Positions 50,524 to 61,573 of a DNA stretch of 64,000 bases are shown here, piece by piece. Below the pieces are notes generated by a model, which saw nothing but the letters and a program-made list of their open reading frames with translations, was not told where the DNA came from and ran no database searches. The translations under genes were made by a program, and so were the position numbers. The DNA comes from Iphione sp. A-MEVVRFRX5 (Eukaryota), in assembly GCA_976226885.1 (NCBI GenBank), contig OZ320321.1:21390001-21454000 (forward strand). The letters run 5' to 3'. The first letter of the stretch is position 1; each line of letters opens with the position of its first letter.

Positions 50524-53500
50524 TGGCGGTGGGTGTCCGCTGTAGACCCTCCCAAATCAGTGTTTGGGACCGTCTGGAGGGTGTCCGATAGAGGGGTGTC
50601 CGCTGTGGCTGGGTGTCCGCTGTGCCCGGGTGCCATTAGACATGATAAAGAGGGATTTCATTTGGGACTGATGCCAAGGCGTCCGTTGTGGGAGGTGTCC
50701 GCTGTGCCCGGGCGTCCGTAATCAGGGGTTATCCTGTAGTTGGTACAATATTTACAAGCCATGAACTTATATCAAATTTGTTTTTCTTTCATACTTTCAG
50801 GGGAACGGATCTACAATTACATGATGACAAGTGAAAGAGACGTGTTTTGTAGGTGGCGTTTGTCACAGAACGAAGAAGCAACTATTACCTTCTTACTTGG
50901 TTGAACGAGTATCTTGCACAGCAAAGTTGCTGCTGTAACGGTAAAATATGCATTATATACACACAGTTGGACCATCTCCAAATTCGTATAGCACTTCCGT
51001 ATTAAATGGAAACAGTACATTTGCTGGTACCAGGACACCAGCCGACCTGTGTTAGGATTGTGAAATCGTTAGAACCTGTTTTGCAATGTATCAGAAGGTG
51101 GCTCAGACCCGCTCCTTTTCTCATTAAAACTAAATAGCACATGCAGGACTCCTCACAAAGTCTTTTGCGTTTTTCAGTCCAATTATCATTGAGAGTTAGC
51201 ACATTATTACTACTCTGTCTGTCAGTTAATTCTGAGATTGAATTCTCTAGCTAGATGATATTTTAATTGAAACTCATGTTCGTCAAATAAACGTTTATCT
51301 ATATATTTCACACATCATTTTAATGAATACTCACCAAGGCTGTAATAAAAAAAGACACAATGGTTTCAAGACAGTACATAATCGGGCGACAAACGGGTTA
51401 TTTGGCCATAGCACAATCAAGTTTAGAATTTTAGCTTTTAGTTGGTAATGGTACTGGTCCAAATCAATGTACAATATAGTTCATGATGGTGAACGTACTC
51501 TAGCTCAGCATATGTTGAATCATAATGTCAATTTCAATGTCAATTTCAAATTGATAAGCTCTGTGAATCTTAATCTACTTTTGAATTATTTCCTGCAGAC
51601 GACTTTTTACTGCTTAGCGCAGAGTCAACAGGATGTGACTGTCGCCTTTTTTTCGGTAACCTTATGTGACGGGCCTAATCTTCTGACTCTATGTCTGCGC
51701 CAGCATGCTTGGTACTCTCTCTAAGATATCCCCCAAAGGATTTGCCACCTGACAAATTATTTCTTGAACACATGATTTCATTAACACGACCACTGCGTCG
51801 CCACTACCGTCCCACTATCCCCTGTCCGCTCGTTTTACCAGCAGCTCTGTGGTACTCCTGGACATGTTCCCCCAGTGCTCTCAGCACCACCCCTTATATT
51901 ATGGTACTTACCTTTTTCCATCCCAGCCGCCGCCATCGTCATCCTGCTGTCTTCATATCCCCATGTGGCCTACGAGGATGTTCATCAGCTATAACCCCCC
52001 CCCCCCTCCCACGCACACACAGGCTTTGCGACATCCCGCAAGGGGCAATCTTTTGGCTGAAATAACTTAAGAAAGAAATAACTGCGGAACGAAGACACTA
52101 ATAAATCACCTAACTTAGGTTCGATATATAAGTACGATCAAAGTGCGCTGATGCCGCAGTTACGGAAGCAGTCAAAAAATGAAAGGTTGACCCTCAAAAA
52201 TACCTTTCAGCCATCATTTAATTTTTGTATCAAATATTACTTGACAAAATATATACCCTAGAGACGATATGCTCATGGACTGCTTTACCCTTGTACTACA
52301 AACCACCGTTGAACCAGCACATCTATCATGCAAAGGTGTTCATGGCACCTAAGAGAATTTTACTACAAACGCACACTACTAATACACAGGGCAATACACT
52401 TTCCACAGACGTAAAGTTGTAGCATTAGAGGAGTAGGTCTAACACAGGAGGAAGAAGGTATAAAAGAATCACAAATACAACGTACACAACTATTTCACTC
52501 CTAGACGTACCGGAAACCGTACAGTTTCTCGAGCAGAAAGTAAACTGTTTGACGAAATATTAATGACCTGTGGCCGTCGCTTGATCCACACAAGCGTTAA
52601 GAACTCAGCCGATTAGAAGAATCATGGATAAAAGTAGTTAAAAACATGACCTTCTTTTCAATAATTTACCCAGCTATAAACATTTATGTAAATACTCTGT
52701 ACGTCAATGACCAGATAACGTGCATGCTGAAAAATGCACGTTAACTTCCTTGAAAGCAAGCCTAGAAGTGTCCAGTATTGAGGTGATTTTGCCGCCCAGG
52801 AAAAGACATTCCCCAAACATCCGCAGCATTCATACCTTTGCAACACGCGCTACAGTTAGAGACGAGAAATGCAAAGACCACCAGCTTTCATTTACCTATG
52901 TTTCTACAGGGTAGTCAAAGAAGATATCAATATCACCAGGACCACGTCTGCAGTTGAAGCTGTCTGTAGAAATGACTCCACACTTGTAGAAAGTTAAAAA
53001 CCTGCGGCGAATCCAGAAGCATTGATTAAAATAAGGAATCACCTCCCATTGTAGCAAGGCTGAAAATTAAAATATTCTAGGGTCAAAGAAGAAATTTAAA
53101 AATCACTGAGGTGGACAGGTAAACGGAGACGCAAGGAAGGCAAGTTCTCATACACTTTCTGCCAATCTACTCATCACGCCCTCTGTACGTTATTGAGGGG
53201 GCTTCGTAAGCCGTAACTACATGTGCACATGCATCTCAAAGCTTGTCTGTAAGAGTAATTATTATCCACGTGATTATGTGTGATGGAATAGGCAGACAAG
53301 GCAACATAATGGCGCACCTTTTACGTTTTGTATTGATTTATGACACGTATAATCATTGATCACGAATTTTCGCACCTTCCGGACTAGGGTGTATATATGT
53401 ATAGGTGTTTGTATATATGTGCGGGCCGAAGTCATGCACCATACGACAATGAAAAAAACGAACGTGTACAAAAGTGCTTGCAGACAATGCTTCACTGTGT

Positions 53501-54757
53501 GAAAAGATGACAAGCTATCAACAACAGTACGACGACACGGGAGTCCACCATGTTAATAACGGTTATTAGGAGCGCCATCTATCCGACAGTGCGGTGGATG
53601 AATGACTCAGACAGACATCATGAATATTAATATCATCAATATGAATATTTGGTGGGCTGAAAATGGCCAGGAACTTCAGCCTAGAGCGGAGCCTAATTTG
53701 ATATGGGCATCAGCAACCGTGAAATCATTAATGGAAAAAAATTAGTTTCAGGAGTTAGCATTGATCCATAATCTCATCTGGCCTGCCTGGTCACATGGGA
53801 TGGGGACTTGGGCACCGTCACGTAGAACAGAACGTGTTAAAACAGTCCTATAGGGACCGCACATGTTGTTAAGGTTATACATGTAGACAATGATATGGGC
53901 ACAGTCGTATCGTGTGGGACATTAGACCATGAATAGTAGCGTGTGCGTCTGCTAATTTACTAAAAGCAGCTTAGGTCAACTGCCCACATATAACTTAAGT
54001 CTCTTAAAATAAGCCAGCACAGTTACAAACATTGAATGTCTGAGCACAGTTACCTAGAATTCAAGCCGGAACACCCAACATAATAGTCTGTCTGAAGTCA
54101 GGTAACTCCACTACACTGACCTCAACTCAGGAGGCCTCAACTTACATCAACGATTCTCTACTGAACTCACCCCGCCCAGAATTAAGTACCCCGAAATTGA
54201 TCTCAACAAAACTTAGATAAGCTCAGCACGACCGGCATGACAAATATAATTGACAAATTTGGAAAACTGTGCGCATTGGGCACAACTAAAGTATAAGGCT
54301 TAATTTCCAGAGAAGCATGTTTTCATGGATGTGGAATCATGGCCACAAGTGTGCGGGTGTCTTTCTTGCTGACAGCATATCATCTGCACTGGGATTTTAC
54401 TGGTGTGAAAACATGAAAGTTGGCGGGAAAATGGCAGAACTGATGCAGATTTGGTTTAAAAAAAAGATGAAACTCATACTAAGTTAGCTGGAACATGGTG
54501 AAAAATGATAAAACTGATAAAAATTTGGCCCTAATATAGCAAAAGTCATGTAAATTCGGTTGGAAAATGGCAAACCTCATGGACACATATGAGGAAATGT
54601 TGGAAAATGCGAGGAAATATGCTGGTTGCTGCATAGCTTTTATGGTTATTTCATGCTCACGTTTCCTGTACTGCTTTGCAAAACCTGACTGTTGACATTG
54701 TGAACTTTCCCAATTCAAAAAGATGGTGGCCCAGCCGCGTGAAAACACATGCCTAAG

Positions 54758-54917
54758 CAGGCCCGTAGCCAAGGGGGTATCGGGGGTATCGGACGATACC
54801 CCCCACAGACATCGATGACTATAGACCTTTATATGGATTTTTAAAAATTAGTTCCACCCCTGCTGTATTGGGGGTATCGTCCGATACCCCCCACAAAATG
54901 CCCTGGCTATGGGCCTG
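54758..54917. mobile_element. palindromic non-autonomous DNA transposon (160 bp), 5-bp TSD
   Basis: CAGGCCCGTAGCCAAGGG ... CCCTGGCTATGGGCCTG TIRs, with CTAAG on both sides (54753-54757, 54918-54922). Internal 22-mers at 54782-54803 and 54870-54891 are exact reverse complements. Confidence 0.82.
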
Positions 54918-57900
54918 CTAAGGAGATTCAGCCTCACATCAGAGAACACAAGAGACATGTGGACAGAGTCACATTGGAATAGACTCGGCACACCTCACCT
55001 GAACTCCATGGATTCATCCAAGATGGACACTTCCGAACTTTGTGGACCTAATTCCGAACAATGGATCCAACGAAATGCCACTGCCTTATCCCATTGTGAT
55101 CAACTGAACTTCCTAACAATAGTTGTTTTTTGGAAACAGGGAGTTGAATTGTTAAAACCATGATCGTCCTGCCCGCCTATATTACTTTCTCTTCGTTTTA
55201 CAGTGCTATTATACACCATAGAATGCAATAAATGAAAGGTAATGTAATATAACAGCTATGAAGTCAGACGCGTGCAGCTCTAATTGAAACCCCGCCCAAG
55301 AGTAACTTTTCAGTGAAAAAAACATTACTTATGCTACTGTTGTTGATGCGAAGCGCACAAATGAAATCAGTGGCAATTCGAAGAGTCGGTAAACCAGAGA
55401 ATGTCTAGACTAGTGTAAATGACAACTGCCGACAGCTCTAAAGATATTACATATAAACGTTTATGTTTTCATCTATATAAGCTATACATATATGATTATT
55501 ATTTGTCTAGACTATAGTTGATACCATATCTGCCTCTTCATGGTTATGAATTTCCGTGACGTCTGCTCTGGCGTTAACCATCACTTTGATATCATTCTTT
55601 TTAGATTTAAGACTTATAAACATCGTTCTCCCACTCCCTTACTTTGCACTGATTCACCATACCATATATAAAAGAAATGTTAATATAATATGAAATGAAA
55701 ACTTTGTTGAATGTGCTGTATAATTTTCTGATTTACATATACATATACCAATGTGGTTTGTAGCAAACCAACAAGTGGTTGAATGGTGGTTGACTTGAAC
55801 TCTTGATTGAATATTAAGCCTGTCTTTTTCATATACTTTATTATCCACTGCCCCATTGCCTCTATTTATGGAAAAACTGTACTACTGACGAAGATGAATA
55901 AACACTTTTTCAATTTGTCCAGGTTTGCACATGTTCAGAGGACTCAAGGATGGGTGTGTCCAGACCAGACAAGTAGCAGTCAAATTCCTTTCTGCAACAC
56001 ATGGCTTTCACATCGGCACTGGGCGGGGCCCTGCCCTGGAGGTGAATCAGTCAATTTCTTTCACCCAGAAGCGTCTCCTGCCAACGCAGCTGTGAGCTTT
56101 GTCCATAAAAGGGCACAAAACACTAGGATATGTATATGCTATCCTCGGAACACACACACACATATATTTATACATACATTCCATACAATGAACATAGACA
56201 TATTGGAGACAATATAAGTGTGTATGTATATAAGCTCGGAGTGAGCACGCCAGCAACGTATATATGTGCGTACTCTGACCTTTGACCTCCTGCCATCGAT
56301 CGATGTTTGGTCAGGAAGATATTATAGATGTTACGTGAGAGAGGAAAAGCCCGAGAAAAGGGATATGTTTAGGTGGGAGATAGGAGAGATGGTAAGAAAA
56401 TGGATTGGAGATGGGCGGCAAAGGAGAGAAGTTCTGAGGAATAGTCAAGGACGGTGTCTTGGATGTAGGAGCCTGGAAGGTTTATGCCGTTCTCTGATGT
56501 AATGTATGATGCAATATGATCCTTATGACCACTTAGGAGACCACGTAATTATGTCGTAATTTTGTTGACCTATTTTGTGTTAAATCAGTATTTGAGGTCT
56601 CTTTATTTATCTGTTTCCCCGCATCTCTCTATTTGTCCATTTTTTCTATCACTCTGTCACTCTACTCATCTTCACTCTTCCCGTTCTATTTCCAGTGTCG
56701 GAGTGCGGTATCTAACCCAGAGAAGCGATCCCTGGTAGCTAGAGTCAATGTTTCGATGATGTAGCGTGCGTCAATATTCGTCCTGCCGCACAAGACGGAC
56801 GTGACATAACAACACACAGATCCATACATAATCCCCCTCTCCCCTCACTAACGGTCGTTTACCAGCCGGGAGCCCTCTCCTTTCCTTACACATCTCCCAA
56901 CGGTTGATGAACTAGCGCCGCCCAGCGCAAACCATCGGAACAACTGAGGCTACCAGCCACGACCAGCTGCTACCCAAATGGCACTATTATAGTAACAATA
57001 GCTGTCCGTAAGAAACCAGCGAATCGATGCAAGCGACTGCTTCCAATTCCTCATCGACCTGCGTTAGTTGCCGCTTCTGGTGGATGCGTGCTTGTCAGAG
57101 AGGGGTTGTGGTGGAAATCGTTGAAATGCTCGTTAATCCTTCCCCACCAGATGCTGGTGTCTCAGGCTGGCGAGCTTTGCCGGTCTTGCAAAAGAATATC
57201 AAGACACCCCCTCCCCCAAAAGGGAGATCCTCCCCCTCTACCACCACAGGGAGATTCTCCGCGTAGTTACCTTGGTGGGTGGTTGCAATAAACATGGTAA
57301 TTCTCCTGTCAAACACGCCAGTCACATACTCAATCAGTGGTGTTTAACCCGTGTTTAACCTCACTTAAACACCACCGGTATGTCTTCTCGCAATGGTGGG
57401 GGGAACTGACAGCGTCAAGTACCGAAATATCTTATTCCATGATCACAGGTAACGGAAGGGTAAAATAAAATAGCTGAACGGTGCAATCCCTTCTGGCGGT
57501 GAAATCTACGACACTTTAAGAATCAGCTCTGTAACGAACGAATGGAAAACCTTTCTCTATCAGTCACCATTCCGTCTACAATCACTTCATCTCTCTGCAT
57601 TATCATACGTCATCACTCCAAGTGCCACGGGGGATCAAACTGAAGGGATTCAGGCTACACGTGCGATGTATGTATAAATGCAGTCCCCGTCTCGCCTGGT
57701 CATATCGATCCTTTGGAAGAAAAACATCATCGAAGATTTAATTGGCACCATATGCCGGCTAATTTACTTCACAAAAGCCATCAGTGGGGATACATGAGGC
57801 GTTTTACCATTGCAAATATATGAAATAGTTGTTCAGAGCTTGGTTGTGCATGTCCCTTACTGATGTATTCCTTGGCTAATGCTCTCAATCTATTCGGCTG

Positions 57901-60146
57901 CGACTCTAGTGAAAGGAAAAATGCATTAATTGTCGTGTGTTTCATCATGTTTCACTTAAGTGATGGCAGAACTTCACCATTCCCCGTGCTGCTGTTTCCT
58001 TATTACTTCATACGTATTCTTTCTAACTTAAGCTGTTAGAAAATGTAAGTTTACTTCAACTGGGCTTAGCATCTAGACGGAGATTTCTGCTGCTCAGACA
58101 TACCTGAAAATATACCTTTATTTATGCTTTAAGAGCAAATTTTGCTGTCAGTAAAAGTGTCAACGGAAGGTAGGCCACTACAGATCAGATACATGTATAT
58201 AACTTACAAGCATTTTGTTAGAAAGTGTAGCGTGCGAAGCATCACATGCATCTCCTGTAATCACTGGAGTCAAACAGTATATAATCAAACACTGTATCTA
58301 GTTATCCGTGATTAATGTGTCCTTAGCATAACGGCCACCTATGAGCCACCTCTGATTGGCTGTAGGTCACCTTTTGAAATAGTTCTTTTAATCCTGATTG
58401 TTTGTAAGGTGTATACATTGCGAGTTAGAAAGTTGCTTCGAATTGGATAAGAAACTTCTTCCTGCCCGAAACAGTGTGCCTATTACAGAACCGTGGTCTG
58501 ATTGCTTCAAACAATAGTACTTGCTTCTTGCTGATGAAAAGTGGCTTTACAGCAGATATTTAAGCAGTTTTGGTTGAGAGAAATGCACAAGTTGAGATTC
58601 TGAACTACGGTTGCACACTTCTTGTTGATTAAACTTCTTGTTAACTACACCACATATATAAAACATTGCCTGAAAGTAGTTTTGGCCATGGGGAGGAGGT
58701 CTCACGAGTGTGAGACTTTTTCCAACTCTCATACTTTAAATTTCCTATCTTCACATGTTTTCTTCAAAGTGTTTCAGATTATGGAAAAATGTTTCCTGTC
58801 ACAAAAGCAGAACTTCCGAGAACATGCTCAAAATTACAATACTTTTTTCTTGTGAGAGGTGTATCAATGTGCCGAGGCCATGTGTTAGCTGTATCATACC
58901 CCCCCCCCCGCGGCACTTGCAGGGGTGGAGAGGCCCAGTTGCGCGGCTGTCATAAAACGCTCTGTAGGTTGCTGTCTTGTTGGAGGAGACATCACACACA
59001 CACGTACACACACGCACACACTTGGATGTCCATGTTCAAAGCTCTGCCGGCTAACTAGAAGACGGTGACAGTTTTTGGGGGTGAAGGTGACAGCCCTGGC
59101 TCTGACGGCTGACGGGAGGGGTGGGTGGGGGGATAGTGGTTGGGAGGGTGGGATGGTAGTGGCTGGGGGACGGATGTCGAAGTTCAAAGTGTCAGAGGCA
59201 TATTTGTAATTCTTTTCTGTCTTTCATAGAATTGCGCTGCTATTCAGCGGGCTTATAAATTATGTGAATCGGCGCTTGTTGATCTATGAACATATCAATT
59301 TAAAAACGTTTTTTGTCACATTGTAATTTTAAATTTCAACATTATGAGACTCTACAACAGAGGTGGACCGTTTTATTAGAGCCACTAAGACTCATACTCC
59401 ATATTTAACTACATATATGTCGTGTACGAATTCAGCGGAATACACAGCACATAAATACATGTACAGGTATGACCCGTTTGCTTCCAGCAATGTTTGACAA
59501 TGTAAGCAGAGTGTTCATCATGAGAGACATGTTCTTATATAGCTAGTCCTCTGGGCTTTAGAAAACGACGTTGACCTTTGAGGGTAGAATTCAACCATTG
59601 TTTGCATTTGCCGAGGGGACCTATCTGGTGGGCTGCGTTCAGTAAAGTAGTCACTTTTCAGCCCAAACGAACAGATCATATTACCACCTGGAGCCACTTG
59701 CGTGGCATTTCGATCCGTGTAATATATACCCGTACATTTATTCTGGCTTACCAGTTATGTCTTATTGCTTGAAGCATGAACCCTATGGTTATTTCATTGT
59801 TGCTTCATACTTTTTGGTGAAAGATATTAAAGCACTTGATGTGATGGTTTGTATCAAATCCTGTTTGATAAGAGTTATTCTTTTCAGAGCAATACTCCAT
59901 TATCAGGTTAAAATAACTGCTTATTCATGACTACTTTAGCCTGACGACAATCTACCAAAAGTTAGGTTGGCTTGAAAGGAAACATCACAGGAGTATAAAA
60001 GCGATACCGACTGGTCAGGGTGGCGGGGGTGGGGGGGGGGTGGGGCTGTGTGGAGTGGAGCACACGTCAGTCTCTTGTCTTCCGACCTTTTGTGCTCACA
60101 AGCGCACAAAAGAAACGTCGGTAATGAATGAAACATAGCCGCGGTG

Positions 60147-60160
60147 GTGCCACCTGGTGG
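60147..60160 (-). promoter_or_regulatory. CTCF-like core motif CCACCAGGTGGCAC
   Basis: Matches the CTCF core consensus CCASYAGRKGGCRS. Binding is untested. Confidence 0.45.
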
Positions 60161-60195
60161 TGGGGTGTCAACCGTTGGGACTGGAGACTGGTCGA

Positions 60196-60204
60196 CCCCC
60201 CCCC

Positions 60205-60246
<42 letters not shown>
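60196..60246. repeat. poly-C followed by perfect (TC)n microsatellite
   Basis: Visible run. Confidence 0.95.
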
Positions 60247-60248
<2 letters not shown>

Positions 60249-61468
60249 AGGAACATGAGGGTGTTAGAAGGAGGCGTCTTCCAGCTGACGGTTTCGACCA
60301 ATCAGCGTTGCTTCCACGGCCCTCTGAGCTTCCCAACCTTCCGACAGGTGTCGCCCTGCTGCTTCCGGCCTCGCTGCAGTGCTGCTTTTGTACCTTTTAT
60401 CACATAGCGACTACACTGTCACTCCATCGCAAAACCCCTGAACCCCAATAACCCACAGAGCAGCACCTGGTCCCAGCAGTTTTCCTTTCAGTTTCGTACA
60501 TATACATCTAAAACGCCCAAGTCTCAAAGGTCACGGGCAGTTCGAAATTTACGGTTCCTACGGCTTCCTACATATTCTGTTCCCAAACAGAGCTCAATAG
60601 AATTCTCCCTGGTATCAAGATAGGCATATAAAGTGTGTATATATACTGCTTACATGCTGTGTATCTGTCTCTCGTTCCTACTTCAAAAGCATACTAATTG
60701 ACACATCGCTGTGTGACAGGATGTCATGCTTTACAGTCATGATATCTGTCAATCAAAGTGTTCCAAAGCCAATGATTTTATGTTTTTTTGTCACATGACT
60801 TGCGTAACCAATCTGTGCAGATGATATTCGAGCGACACTTTTGCTCACACATGACCATATTAGAATTATGACTGTCACAAGTTATTATGTGGTTATGTAA
60901 TGTATAGATATGATATCCATTAAGATCATGCCGAGACATCTATATTTATTTTCAAAGTATATGAGAAGTCCAGTACAGTGATACTATGACTAGAAACCTC
61001 TTTTTAAAATTTTGAACATTGCGCATGACTGTAGTGAATGTATGACCATTACATTGTGATGGGTTGGTGTGGCTACATGACAGTATGGCAATGTGTCAAT
61101 TGCACATGTATGAGTACACACAAATTGCCACATTTACCAAACTTGGTAGATGTCGAGTAATGATTTAGTTCTGCTAGGAGCAGCAGTGCTGCGATGTCAT
61201 AGTTGTGAACTAGTTTTGCTTTGTACAACTATTCCGCTCTGTGAATAACAGAGTGAGAACATGATTACTGCAGGTACACTCTTACGCAAGACCAATTAAC
61301 TCTATTACATAACAGCAATCAACTCTATTGTCTATTCTTTGTGAATACAGGCATGTCTCTGCTACAACATAGTTAGAAGACAGAGTGAAAAAATCACACT
61401 GTAATGGGTTTCATAGTGGTCCAGCGATAGGTCAACTGGAGCCAGACCATTGTTCTAGGTGTTCTGCT

Positions 61469-61573
61469 AATTGTGGTATTCTTCCCTCTACCTGGGATCA
61501 GATGGAAGGAGTGTTCTCTATTCCACGTGGAGAAATAACGTGATTCAAGTGTTTCCGTTCTGTTGGAGGTCTG
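61469..61573 (+). mobile_element. small decayed LINE RT fragment
   Basis: NCGILPSTWDQMEGVFSIPRGEIT*FKCFRSVGGL resembles the RT N-terminal G..P..W....V..IPK.G...KNYRPISL region. Confidence 0.35.

Larger units (their letters stand above)
50069..50736. mobile_element. Tc1/mariner-type MITE (668 bp) with internal minisatellites
   Basis: ta|CAGTAAAACCCC ... GGGGTTATCCTG|ta (10/12 TIR match, TA TSD). The subterminal module GTCCGTTGTGGG(G/A)GGTGTCCGCTGTG occurs near both ends. Confidence 0.72.

Noticed and set aside
53571-53584. AGCGCCATCTA, a CTCF half-site
   Set aside because: The other half does not match the core consensus.
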